A stretch of 60,018 nt of DNA from an uncultured Verrucomicrobiota bacterium (GCA_903825435.1 CAIKAP010000117.1:1-60018), one strand, 5' to 3'; counted from the stretch's first letter, positions 22,138 through 31,493 are shown. The notes: a model not told the origin generated them from the letters alone. Numbers and translations: made by a program.

Positions 22138-23223
22138 ATGGCAAAGATTGACGGATTTTTTAAAGTGATCGCAGAGCAGAACGCTTCCGACATGCACTTG
22201 GCAATCGGATCGCCGCCGGTGTTGCGGATTCAGAGCGCGTTGAAGAGGGCCGACTACCCACCACTGACAGAGGAGGTGTTGCGACCAATGCTCTACGAGA
22301 TCCTGACGGAACACCAAATCGAGGTGTTTGAACAGACGCATGACTTGGATTTTGCGTACACGGCACCCGGCATCGCTCGCTTCCGCGCGAACTACTACAT
22401 GAAATACACCGGCATCGCGGCGGCGTTTCGCATCATTCCGTTCAAGGTGCGCACGCTGGACGATCTGGGCACACCAGCGGTGTTCAAGACGATGTGCGAG
22501 TATCGAAATGGGCTGGTGCTGGTGACGGGACCGACAGGCAGCGGCAAGTCCACGACGTTGGCGGCGATGATCCACCACATCAACCAGATCGGCCATGAGC
22601 ACATCATGACGCTGGAGGACCCGTTGGAGTTCATCCACGAGCCCATCAAGTGCATGATCAGCCAGCGTGAGGTTGGCGCGCACACGGAGGGCTTCGCCAG
22701 CGGCTTGCGGGCGGCGTTGCGCGAGGATCCCGATGTGGTGTTGGTCGGAGAGATGCGCGATTTAGAGACGATCCAACTGGCCATCACAGCGGCAGAGACA
22801 GGTCACCTAGTGTTCGGCACGCTCCACACCAACAATGCCTCAAAGACCGTGGACCGCATCATTGATGTTTTTCCGTCCGACCGCCAGTCGCAGGTACGCA
22901 CGATGCTGGCGGAGTCGCTGCGCGGCGCAATCTCGCAGCAGTTGTTGCGGCGCGCCGACGGTAAAGGGCGCGTGGCGGCGTACGAGGTATTGGTGGCCAC
23001 GCCGGCGTTGCGGTCCTTGATCCGTGAACAGAAGACGTTCCAGATCCCGTCGGTCATCGCGACCAGCCGCAAGGAGGGAATGCAGACACTCGATCAGGCG
23101 CTGCTGGAACTGGCGCAGAACAAGATCATCACCTCTGAGGAAGCAATGCTTTTTGCCGATCAACCCATGGCCCTACTGGCGAAGCTCGCCACCCAGCAAG
23201 GCACCGGTAACGAGAAGAAATGA
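22138..23223 (+). CDS. pilT: Type IV pilus retraction ATPase PilT
   Basis: ASDMHL, GPTGSGKSTTLAAM, TLEDPLEF, ALREDPDVVLVGEMRDLET, AETGHLVFGTLHT, ALRSLIRE, GMQTLDQ. Confidence 0.95.
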   Translation: MAKIDGFFKVIAEQNASDMHLAIGSPPVLRIQSALKRADYPPLTEEVLRPMLYEILTEHQIEVFEQTHDLDFAYTAPGIARFRANYYMKYTGIAAAFRIIPFKVRTLDDLGTPAVFKTMCEYRNGLVLVTGPTGSGKSTTLAAMIHHINQIGHEHIMTLEDPLEFIHEPIKCMISQREVGAHTEGFASGLRAALREDPDVVLVGEMRDLETIQLAITAAETGHLVFGTLHTNNASKTVDRIIDVFPSDRQSQVRTMLAESLRGAISQQLLRRADGKGRVAAYEVLVATPALRSLIREQKTFQIPSVIATSRKEGMQTLDQALLELAQNKIITSEEAMLFADQPMALLAKLATQQGTGNEKK

Positions 23224-24980
23224 GCCTGTTCTCCAGAAAGAAACCGCCAACTCATGCGCCACCACCGACGGCGCCGCCGCGGCCAGCCGCGCCAAAGACT
23301 GAGACGATTCTGAAGCTGGAGTTGCCGAACGTATTCGCCTATCAGGAGGACGCTACACGCGCCAGTGACGAGGTCAAACCCAAACGCAACCGCGGTGTTA
23401 TATTACTGGTGGAAACCAACGACGAAATCCGCCGACTTCTCTCGCGCTTGTTTCAACAGGAAGGCTACTTATTACTCACCGCCACCTGTCTTGCCGAAGC
23501 GAGAGAGACGCTCAAGGAACGTTCCGTCGATTATGTGCTCGCCAGACGGGCTTGCGTGCCGCTCAATGTCGAAACCGACATCGCCCTACGCGATCTCCGT
23601 CAGAAGACACACGTCCGCATCGTTGACGACTTCGGCGAGTTAATGCTCGGTCAAGTCATTGACTACGAGTCCATGTCTCAATGCACTCTTGCACTCAGCG
23701 GCCTATTGCTATCGCTGTTGGAAGGCTCCCACGTCAACGCCCGCGGCCACGCCCAGACTGTCGCCAAATACTGCCGCATGGTCGGCCAACGCCTCGGCAT
23801 GTCTCGCCGCCAACTCGACGCACTCACCCTCGCCGCCTACCTCCACGACCTCGGCTCCGTTGAATCCGACCACCGCATCAGCGAACTAACCCTTGCGAGC
23901 GGCCAGCCCTTCCTCTCCCCGTCGCTCCAACCCACGCTCGAGCTGCTCGTCAACATCCCATTCGCTTACCCCATCAACGACCTCCTCGCCGCCAGCGCCG
24001 AGAACGCCGCGCCTACGGACGCGAACGGAGACCAGTCATTGCCCCCCCCCTTGCTTGGCGCGCGCATCCTGCGCGTCGTGGACACCTACGACACCCTCCG
24101 CCGTAACCATATCAGCGAATTTCCTGATGAAAAGAACCTCTTTGAGTGGATGCGTCGCCAGCGCACCGGCGTCCTCGACATCGACGCGCTCGAAACTCTC
24201 ATCAACATACGCAAAAATGAGCGCGCCATCAACGCGATGAACCTCTTCCAAGAGGCTGTTCTCGTCGTTGACCCCCACCCGGAAGAGATCCAGCTCCTCA
24301 CCCTTCGCCTCAAGAACGACGATCATCCGGTCCTCCTCACCCGTTCTGCCGCTGAAGCACTCGCCCAGCTCCGCGCCCAACCAGTCACCCTTGTCCTCAC
24401 CGAATACTACCTCGACGGCGATGCCACTGGCTTCGACCTCCTGAACACCATCAAAAACGACCCTGCCCTCCGCAACATCCCTGTTGTCTTCCACGCCTCC
24501 GGCAACACCGATCTCATTAAACAATCCCTCGAACTCGGCGCTGAAGACTGGTACCCGAAACCCGGCCACGTTGAAATTGCCGCCCTCAAAATTGGCCACA
24601 TCCTCCACCGCCTCCGCTCCCGTCCTGCCGCCACTGAGGGCGTCCGCGGCAACCTTCGCGAGATGGGCCTCATCGAGATGGTCCAGATCCTTTGCGCCGG
24701 CCATCGCTCCGTTCACATCCAACTCGAGAACGCAGCCGATAATGCCGAGCTCATCATCCACAATGGGCAAATCATCAACGCCCGCCACCGCGACCTCGAA
24801 GGCGAACAAGCCGCCATCGAGACACTCAGTTGGCGCGATGGCGCTTTCGTCATCCTGCCCCTGCGCGACGTACCACCGCCACGCATCACCGTCAGCACCG
24901 ACAGCCTGTTACTCCAAAGTTGCGTCACCGAAGATCACCCGAAAACCAAACAACACGAACACGGAGCCACCGCCCTATGA
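23220..24980 (+). CDS. Multidomain signalling protein: degenerate REC, HD (HD-GYP-like), REC, DUF4388/PatA_N-like
   Basis: ILLVETN, GHAQTVA...AAYLHDLG, ARILRVVDTYD, VLVVDPH...KP, GVRGNLREMGLIEMVQIL. Confidence 0.8.
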   Translation: MSLFSRKKPPTHAPPPTAPPRPAAPKTETILKLELPNVFAYQEDATRASDEVKPKRNRGVILLVETNDEIRRLLSRLFQQEGYLLLTATCLAEARETLKERSVDYVLARRACVPLNVETDIALRDLRQKTHVRIVDDFGELMLGQVIDYESMSQCTLALSGLLLSLLEGSHVNARGHAQTVAKYCRMVGQRLGMSRRQLDALTLAAYLHDLGSVESDHRISELTLASGQPFLSPSLQPTLELLVNIPFAYPINDLLAASAENAAPTDANGDQSLPPPLLGARILRVVDTYDTLRRNHISEFPDEKNLFEWMRRQRTGVLDIDALETLINIRKNERAINAMNLFQEAVLVVDPHPEEIQLLTLRLKNDDHPVLLTRSAAEALAQLRAQPVTLVLTEYYLDGDATGFDLLNTIKNDPALRNIPVVFHASGNTDLIKQSLELGAEDWYPKPGHVEIAALKIGHILHRLRSRPAATEGVRGNLREMGLIEMVQILCAGHRSVHIQLENAADNAELIIHNGQIINARHRDLEGEQAAIETLSWRDGAFVILPLRDVPPPRITVSTDSLLLQSCVTEDHPKTKQHEHGATAL

Positions 24981-25360
24981 CCACTTCTGGCCGCATCCTC
25001 ATCGTGGACGACAACGAACAGAACCTAGACATCTATGAAGCCGTCCTCAAAGAACAACATTACGGCGTCACCAAGGCTCGCGACGGCATCGAGGCCATCG
25101 ACCGCTTCGAGAAATACCAGCCCGACCTCCTCATTGTGGACCTCATGATGCCCCGCCTCAACGGCCTTGATTTCTGCGCCCATCTCCGTCGTTCCCCCCA
25201 CGGCCGCACTGTCCCCATCCTCGTCCTCACCGGCCTCGACGAACCCGCCGCCCGCCAGAAAGCCCTCCAAAACGGCGCCAACGATTTCCTCGCCAAACCT
25301 TTCCAAAACGCAGTCCTCTTCGAACACATCCGCGCCCTCCTCGACAAACCCAAGCCATGA
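24977..25360 (+). CDS. Single-domain response regulator (REC)
   Basis: ILIVDDN, PDLLIVDLMMPRLNG, ILVLTG, GANDFLAKPF; ATGA overlap with the upstream gene. Confidence 0.92.
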   Translation: MTTSGRILIVDDNEQNLDIYEAVLKEQHYGVTKARDGIEAIDRFEKYQPDLLIVDLMMPRLNGLDFCAHLRRSPHGRTVPILVLTGLDEPAARQKALQNGANDFLAKPFQNAVLFEHIRALLDKPKP

Positions 25361-26016
25361 CCGAACCCTGGTGGCTCCTCTCATCGCCGCCCGCCGTCGC
25401 GGCCCACAACATGGCCCTCGACGAAACACTCCTGCGCACCGCCGTCGCCCGCGCCCGGCCCCTGTTGCGCATTTACAGTTGGAACGAGCCCGCCATCACC
25501 TTTGGCTACTTCCAGAAATTTCCCCAACACCTCGCTGACACCCACACCGTCATCCGCCGCCCCACCGGCGGCGGCATCGTCCACCACACCGCCGACACCA
25601 CCTACACCGTCGTCGTCCCGCCCGGCCACTCGCTCCACGCCATGCCGACGCAGGACGCCTACAACCTCCTCCACTGCGCCGTCTCCGCCGCCCTCCATCT
25701 CAAATCACAGATTTCCAATTTCAAATCCGCCATCCACGGCCAGTACGAATGCTTCCAGAACCCCGTCGCCGGTGACGTCGTGACCGACGACGGCGCCAAG
25801 CTAGCCGGCGGCGCACAACGTCGCGGCAAGAACGGAATGCTCCACCAAGGCTCCATCGCCGCCAAAGTGACGGTCGAGCAATTGACACAGGGATTTCGCG
25901 ACGTCCTCGGTGCCGAGTTCGCCGACTACGCGCTCACGCCCGACGAAGCCGCGTTCGCCGAGAAATTAGCCCGCGAGAAATACACCACCGACACCTGGAA
26001 CCGCCGGAGCGCTTAA
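25357..26016 (+). CDS. Lipoate-protein ligase / octanoyltransferase family protein
   Basis: NMALDE, LRIYSW, TFGYFQ, RRPTGGGIVHH, KLAGGAQRR, LHQGSI. Confidence 0.9.
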   Translation: MTEPWWLLSSPPAVAAHNMALDETLLRTAVARARPLLRIYSWNEPAITFGYFQKFPQHLADTHTVIRRPTGGGIVHHTADTTYTVVVPPGHSLHAMPTQDAYNLLHCAVSAALHLKSQISNFKSAIHGQYECFQNPVAGDVVTDDGAKLAGGAQRRGKNGMLHQGSIAAKVTVEQLTQGFRDVLGAEFADYALTPDEAAFAEKLAREKYTTDTWNRRSA

Positions 26017-26054
26017 ACGCCAAAAGCCCCTTTAGCGATGCCGCAAAATTCCGG

Positions 26055-26073
26055 CCGGAACAAAACCGGAACA
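26055..26073 (-). repeat. 19-bp direct-repeat motif, copy 5 (perfect), at the left edge of the low-GC patch
   Basis: CCGGAACAAAACCGGAACA on + strand. Confidence 0.9.
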
Positions 26074-26147
26074 TAGTTCAAGGTTCAGGAGTTGAACCTC
26101 GACAGGCAATTTCAAGAACACTCTTAGATGCAATCAGGCTTACCAAG

Positions 26148-26636
26148 CTAGCGTTGGCAAGATAAGCAACGTATATGCATCGCCAAAATGGGGAAAAACA
26201 GGATGTAAAAGCCTGCTAGGCAAACAAAGCATACCGTTTTCTTGGGATCTTTATCCTTCGGTTCCTCTTGAGTATGGAAGTTTGGGGCCAATCCACTGTC
26301 GCCGAAAAAGGCGTAACCAAGGTTCAAGAACGCGAATACCGACAGAGCGGCGAAGGCGGCCGCGAGAATCGCTGGGCGCGTATCATCATCCTGTGGCACT
26401 ACCAAGTCCGATTTGATGAGATGAATGAACCATAACGCTGGAAACACGTTCAGGATCAAGATTCCGGCCAGCAAGCGTTTTGTGTTCTTCCAGGCTGCCT
26501 CTCTTCCATTTGAAAACCCGTCAATACTAAAAGGACGGAAATCGCGCGCCGAGGCAAGGACAACGCCCCAGAAAATCGCATAGAAAGCTGCGAAGGCAGC
26601 TTTCGCATCAAAGCTTATAATAACTCGTTGGATCAT
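26148..26636 (-). CDS. Hypothetical membrane protein (about 4 TM helices)
   Basis: 162-aa ORF with four hydrophobic segments, low GC. Confidence 0.6.
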   Translation of the reverse strand: MIQRVIISFDAKAAFAAFYAIFWGVVLASARDFRPFSIDGFSNGREAAWKNTKRLLAGILILNVFPALWFIHLIKSDLVVPQDDDTRPAILAAAFAALSVFAFLNLGYAFFGDSGLAPNFHTQEEPKDKDPKKTVCFVCLAGFYILFFPILAMHIRCLSCQR

Positions 26637-26655
26637 GTATTGTTACGCGACCTGT

Positions 26656-27075
26656 TCATGGGACTGTAGGAACCTTCCTGCCGCCAACCAAAGCGAAGAT
26701 GGCACCGAGCACAGCCAGTACCATAAAGAAGGCCACAATGGGACCGCCGAGAATCATACCGAAGATGGAACACACCAGAAGAATCCACGCAGGTTTCTGG
26801 CTCTTGCTGCACAGAACAACGATGCCCAAAATCAAAGCCAAGAAGGAAGCGAGGATACCTATCCAGCCCATCTTCATGATGGTCTCTCCATGATCCGCCA
26901 CCTTGCTTGCTTCGATAGTATCCATCATAGTGCGCCCCCCGTGCTCTGCGGTGTAATCACCTGACACCTTGCCGACGGCACCAACTAAACCGGTAATGAA
27001 CCCGGCGATGGTTCCACCAATGGAAGCGACCAAAGCCAAGATGCCACCCGCGATACGCATTCCTTTAGATTTCAT
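26656..27075 (-). CDS. Hypothetical small membrane protein
   Basis: AAGGAG RBS; Gly-rich hydrophobic helices; directly downstream of the ankyrin gene. Confidence 0.75.
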   Translation of the reverse strand: MKSKGMRIAGGILALVASIGGTIAGFITGLVGAVGKVSGDYTAEHGGRTMMDTIEASKVADHGETIMKMGWIGILASFLALILGIVVLCSKSQKPAWILLVCSIFGMILGGPIVAFFMVLAVLGAIFALVGGRKVPTVP

Positions 27076-27093
27076 GAACTGTCTCCTTACTTT

Positions 27094-29085
27094 TCAGAAA
27101 TTGTCTTTCAGTTTCTCCTGTTTCTTTTGTTCCTCAAGCTTCCCTTTTTCTTCCATTGCTCGGTACGCGGCCTTTTGTTCATCAAGGAGTTGTTTAGCTG
27201 CATCTACGTCATAATAAAGAACCATAATGTCATTGAAACTGCCCGGCTCGTTACCCGCCATGAGAATATTTTTACGCCATTGACTAATACTGGTACCATG
27301 ATAACGCTCGAATTTAGAAAGGCCTGTTATTCGGTGGAGTTCTTCTAATCTATTGTCTCCGTTGCTGCTGTCAGCACCGTATTTCGCGTTAAGTGCTTCA
27401 GCAATCTTCGAAAATTCAGACCTTTCAAAAGTTACCGCAGCTCCATAAGAAATCAAACCATCTCCTTTCTTTTTTAGGAGAATCTGTATCACTTTAATGC
27501 TGTCATTCTTCATTGCTTCGGATGGCTTAATTAAAAGTGCATATGCGTTAGCAGGCTCTAGGCTTTCGATTGAAGGTAGAATGAAGGTTTTCCCTTTATA
27601 TGAGACAGTAGGATTTTTTACACCCTTACATAGGGTGCGGAGAGCTTTTATAAAAGGAGACAGATCCGCGCCGCCGCTGTTATTTTCATTGAATTTGTCC
27701 GCCTTGTCTAAGTTTTGCTCGATCTTATCGTATTGAATGGCTTCTTTCTCTCCTATTTCTATGCCCGGCAACCCATAACTCTTCGCCCGAGTTACCACTG
27801 CTCTACAAGCTTCATCAATACCTTCTTTAGTATCGCCAACAACTTCAGCATTTTTTTCTTCATACCACTTTCTGATCTCATCCATAGATGCGCCGAGCGG
27901 GATTCCATACATCGCCTTTTTCAGTTCGATAACTTGCGATGTTGGGAGGGCCATCTCAGCGGCTTCGCTCCGAGCTTTTGCCCTTGCGGTCTCTTTTTCA
28001 GTCTCTTCTTTTGCCTTTGCCGCCGCATCTTTTGCCTTGGCGGCCTCTTTCGCAAACGCTGCGGCCTCTGGGGAATTGTTTACATCTTTGAGGTAAGCGA
28101 CAACTGCTGCCTGATTGGCTTCTCTAGCTTTTTCGATGACATCTCCAAGGCCATCTCCAGTCAAACCTGCGCCATTAGCGACGAAAATCTTTACGACATC
28201 AAGGTGGCCTTTAACTGCCGCGCGTCTAAAAGCATCCAACATGTGTGCGCGGGCTTCTTCCTCGTTGGAACTCACCTCGTGGTCTTTAGCTACAGCGCGG
28301 CATAAAGAGTTCAACCCACCTCCACTCGGAGAACGTTCTAATAATATTTGTACAATCTCTGCATATCCATTTTCGGCTGCCATCTGTAAATCAACTAACG
28401 ATCCACGCGCACCGGCTTCTATAATAAGTGTCTTCAAAGTTTCTGGTTGGTTTTTCTTACACGCTGCACGCACACCAAAACCCGGAGCAGCTCCAGCCTT
28501 CACAAGCATCTTCACGGCTTCTATGTGCCCATTACCGGCTGCTAGGCTCAGTGGAATAGGATCATGCAAAGATTTAGTATCAACCTCAACGTCTACCAAT
28601 TGCTGGATGATATTGGTGCAGCCATTTTCAGCAGCAAAGGCAAGTGGTGTGTATTCCGCGAATTTTTTCACCTCGTTTGAAACGTCGCCGTAGTCGAAAC
28701 GGCGTCCACTTACTTGGCGTACCGTCTTGTTGATAGACGACATATCCTTCTTTAGCAGTTCTGCAAATTGAAGCGCATCACCTTGGCGTGCAGCTTCAAA
28801 AAGCGGAGGAAGAACAACAGATGCTTCCACAGCAGAATCTGTTGTTCTCTTGCGCTGGCTTCTTTTCCCGGAGTCATCTACGGGATTGACCGCTGCCGTG
28901 TTGTTCGTCGCGACCGATTCTGCGGCGGGCGGCTGGGTGTTAGGCTTATTCTGCTTGTTCAATTTCTTATTGATCAAATCCCCCAAGCCTCCGCCAAATT
29001 GAGCATTTGCGTTGCTTGTTTGGTGCAGAAGCATTCCCGCAACAATCAGAGACCAGCAGACATTCATAATGTTTTTGCGTTTCAT
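27094..29085 (-). CDS. Secreted ankyrin-repeat protein with an unknown C-terminal domain
   Basis: Signal peptide ending ANA-QFG; ankyrin motifs TPLAFAAENGC, PLSLAAGNGHIEAVKMLVKAGA, AAENGYAEIVQILL, AAVKGHLDVVKIFVANGA; exact start uncertain. Confidence 0.85.
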   Translation of the reverse strand: MKRKNIMNVCWSLIVAGMLLHQTSNANAQFGGGLGDLINKKLNKQNKPNTQPPAAESVATNNTAAVNPVDDSGKRSQRKRTTDSAVEASVVLPPLFEAARQGDALQFAELLKKDMSSINKTVRQVSGRRFDYGDVSNEVKKFAEYTPLAFAAENGCTNIIQQLVDVEVDTKSLHDPIPLSLAAGNGHIEAVKMLVKAGAAPGFGVRAACKKNQPETLKTLIIEAGARGSLVDLQMAAENGYAEIVQILLERSPSGGGLNSLCRAVAKDHEVSSNEEEARAHMLDAFRRAAVKGHLDVVKIFVANGAGLTGDGLGDVIEKAREANQAAVVAYLKDVNNSPEAAAFAKEAAKAKDAAAKAKEETEKETARAKARSEAAEMALPTSQVIELKKAMYGIPLGASMDEIRKWYEEKNAEVVGDTKEGIDEACRAVVTRAKSYGLPGIEIGEKEAIQYDKIEQNLDKADKFNENNSGGADLSPFIKALRTLCKGVKNPTVSYKGKTFILPSIESLEPANAYALLIKPSEAMKNDSIKVIQILLKKKGDGLISYGAAVTFERSEFSKIAEALNAKYGADSSNGDNRLEELHRITGLSKFERYHGTSISQWRKNILMAGNEPGSFNDIMVLYYDVDAAKQLLDEQKAAYRAMEEKGKLEEQKKQEKLKDNF

Positions 29086-29107
29086 ACTTTTACTTTTCAA
29101 TTCTTAA

Positions 29108-29350
29108 TTATTTGAGCCATCCGGCTTTTTCGGCCTTGGAAACAAGCTCACGAAGTACACTGGCACTGGGAATGCGAGCTTGCCCACGAGCAGCTTGAAG
29201 ACTGTCATCATGCCTTCGCCAAATGAAGCGATAGCCGTTTTCGTCATCACGATCATCGTAATGGTACGTGACGCATTGAAAGCAGAGTTTCCAACCGCCA
29301 TCGGCTGGATATTGAACTTCCTTGTGAACTTCTACGCTTGCACTTGCCAT
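29108..29350 (-). CDS. Small hypothetical protein (80 aa)
   Basis: AGGTG RBS; globular-looking sequence WKLCFQ...GYRFIWRR...LQAARGQARIPS. Confidence 0.7.
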   Translation of the reverse strand: MASASVEVHKEVQYPADGGWKLCFQCVTYHYDDRDDENGYRFIWRRHDDSLQAARGQARIPSASVLRELVSKAEKAGWLK

Positions 29351-29423
29351 TTGATCACCTAGTTGTTTGATTTTTATGATGCTTGGTAGTTAATGCACGG
29401 TGCTTACCCGCCGACTGTGTTGC

Positions 29424-30152
29424 TCATTTCGGTGTTTGGGACGGTGTCGGCTGTGGGGCCGGGTTATTACCGTTGGCGTGGCCGCCGCCGGTGTCAACGA
29501 TGATACGGGCGCGTTTCCATGCTTCGATGAAACGTTTGCCGGCGTCGGTGCCGTCGAATTGCAGGACTAAATCGTCGAGGTCGGCCACTTGTTCCATCAT
29601 GTCGGCGGTGTCGGTGTCCACTTCCTTCAACAGCGTGCTGCGGTTGACGATCTGGCCGCGCGGGTTGTTCATGACGTTGCTGAAACTGGTGATGGTGGCG
29701 GTGAGCGCGGCAATCCGGGCGGCGGTCACGCCGCGTCCGTCGGCGCCGGGTTCGTTCTGGACGGCGATGCCGAGATCGCGGATGGCGGTGGCTTTGTCGA
29801 GCAGGTCTTGGTTGCGGAGTTGGACAATCGCGGTCTTGGTCACGTCCACTTTGCCGAGGCTGTCGAGGTTACCGGTCTTCTTGAAGTGATTGGCCAACGC
29901 GCGGGCCAGGATGTAGGCGGCGTCTTCCACGGCGGTTTCGGCTTGGGCTTTGGCATCGCCCGCGCCACCGGTGGCGGAATCGGCCTGCGCGGCTTTCTGT
30001 GTCACGGCGCTGTAATCGGTCTGGAGTTGGGCGAGGTCGGTGCCGAAATCAAGCGGCGGCTGGCCGGTCCAAACGGCGACGTAATCCTTGCTGTTGGCGA
30101 CGTTGATGCAGGCGCCAACCATCTTCAATTGGTTTGCGAGTCGTAGATTCAT
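29424..30152 (-). CDS. Hypothetical alpha-helical protein (242 aa)
   Basis: GGAGG RBS, strong codon bias, helical composition, AWKRARIIVDTGG and a Pro-rich tail. Confidence 0.85.
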   Translation of the reverse strand: MNLRLANQLKMVGACINVANSKDYVAVWTGQPPLDFGTDLAQLQTDYSAVTQKAAQADSATGGAGDAKAQAETAVEDAAYILARALANHFKKTGNLDSLGKVDVTKTAIVQLRNQDLLDKATAIRDLGIAVQNEPGADGRGVTAARIAALTATITSFSNVMNNPRGQIVNRSTLLKEVDTDTADMMEQVADLDDLVLQFDGTDAGKRFIEAWKRARIIVDTGGGHANGNNPAPQPTPSQTPK

Positions 30153-30209
30153 GGGTTTTTCCTCCGGTTAGTGGTTTGGTTGATGTTTTCGGCTGAAAAT
30201 CGTGGTTTT

Positions 30210-30482
30210 GTGGGTATTTACCGACTTTGCGCGGTCATCTGTCGGCTGTGGCTGGCCGTTTAGGGCGTGTGTAAGGTCATTTATCGGTTGTCGGAGGTCG
30301 TTTATCGGATGTCGAAGGGCATCTGGCGATTGTCGGAACGGATTTAGGGGTTGCGAATGGCGATTCATGGTCAGTTGATGCCCGTCCATCGGTTGAGGAT
30401 GCCAGTTCATCGAATGTCGAAGCCGATTCATCGGCTGTTGATGCGCCTCGATTGAACGACGAAGCGGCTCAATTGAATGTCG
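30210..30482 (-). repeat. Array of 13 degenerate 21-bp tandem units
   Basis: Minus-strand units such as CGACATTCGATGAACTGGCAT, CGACATCCGATAAACGACCTC and CGACAACCGATAAATGACCTT in exact register. Confidence 0.8.
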
Positions 30483-30541
30483 GTCAGGAGTGGCGAGGAT
30501 CGCCAGAAAGTGTTTGAAGAGCGAACGCCGTTCGGCGTTAG

Positions 30542-30571
30542 GCGCTGGTGCGCTGGTGCGCTGGTGCGCTG
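30542..30571 (+). repeat. 8-bp tandem repeat (GCGCTGGT) x3.75
   Basis: Read directly: GCGCTGGT GCGCTGGT GCGCTGGT GCGCTG. Confidence 0.9.
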
Positions 30572-30672
30572 TTATTGAAGATGAATCCCATCACCGTCAT
30601 CTCATTCCGGATTGGAGGGATAACGGGCGTTTCAGGAAATGTCAATACAGTTCTTGCCCTAGCGCACCCTGC

Positions 30673-31491
30673 CTACTGAAACGTGATGCTCACCGTCTTC
30701 GACGGGTCTTCCATCTGCACGCCGTCCACCTTTAGCTTGGATAACTTCTCCTGCTGATCCGGCGACTTTGTCGAAAGGATCTTCATCGCTTCTGCGTTTC
30801 CGGCAAACTTATCCATCGGCACATCCATCAACACCACCTGACGTTTGCCGTTGCGGAACTGCGCGTTCGTCTCCGCGATGTCGCCATCCACCTCCACGAT
30901 CACCGTCTGGCGCGCCCCCTTCAACGCCGACCCGAACATCGCCGTCATCATCTGCTCCGCCATCGGGTCCGCCGGTTTCACTTCCGTCGCCGCCGGTTTC
31001 GGCCCCGGCACAACCTTCAACACCGGCTTCGCGCCCTTCACAAACTGGAACGTGTACGCCGCCACCGGCGCCGCCTTCTTCTCCGCCGGATCCGGGGCGA
31101 GGTCAGCCTTCGCGCCCGGTACTTTCAACTGCGTGATGTCCTTGAACGCGAACACCGCCCGGTATCCCTTCCACCCCACCGCGTTCGTCACCGTCTGCTG
31201 CGACACCGGCGTGAGCCACTCGCCGCCGATCTGTTCGCAGCGCCCGTCAATCTGTGCCCGGAACATGTTCGCCTTCATCACCGGCGCGCCGGGCGCGTTC
31301 GTCGCACTACCGAGCTGGCCGAGCTGCTGCGTCATGCTCTCCATCACGCCCGTCATCTGCGGCGACATGTAATCCTCAATCGTCACCGTCCCGCTCCCAT
31401 CCTTCTTCACCGAGTACACCGTCTTGCTGTCAAAACACCCGGCGGCCAGACTCAGCGCCGCCAACAATCCTGCCAGTTGAATCAACTTCAT
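30673..31491 (-). CDS. Hypothetical lipoprotein
   Basis: MKLIQLAGLLAALSLAAGC lipobox, VKKDGSGT motif, AAGGA RBS. Confidence 0.82.
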   Translation of the reverse strand: MKLIQLAGLLAALSLAAGCFDSKTVYSVKKDGSGTVTIEDYMSPQMTGVMESMTQQLGQLGSATNAPGAPVMKANMFRAQIDGRCEQIGGEWLTPVSQQTVTNAVGWKGYRAVFAFKDITQLKVPGAKADLAPDPAEKKAAPVAAYTFQFVKGAKPVLKVVPGPKPAATEVKPADPMAEQMMTAMFGSALKGARQTVIVEVDGDIAETNAQFRNGKRQVVLMDVPMDKFAGNAEAMKILSTKSPDQQEKLSKLKVDGVQMEDPSKTVSITFQ

Positions 31492-31493
31492 CG

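Noticed and set aside
30520-30545. GCGAACGCC-GTTC-GGCGTTAGGC hairpin ending in GTTRRRY as an integron attC site
   Set aside because: Far too short, no L/R box structure, single instance
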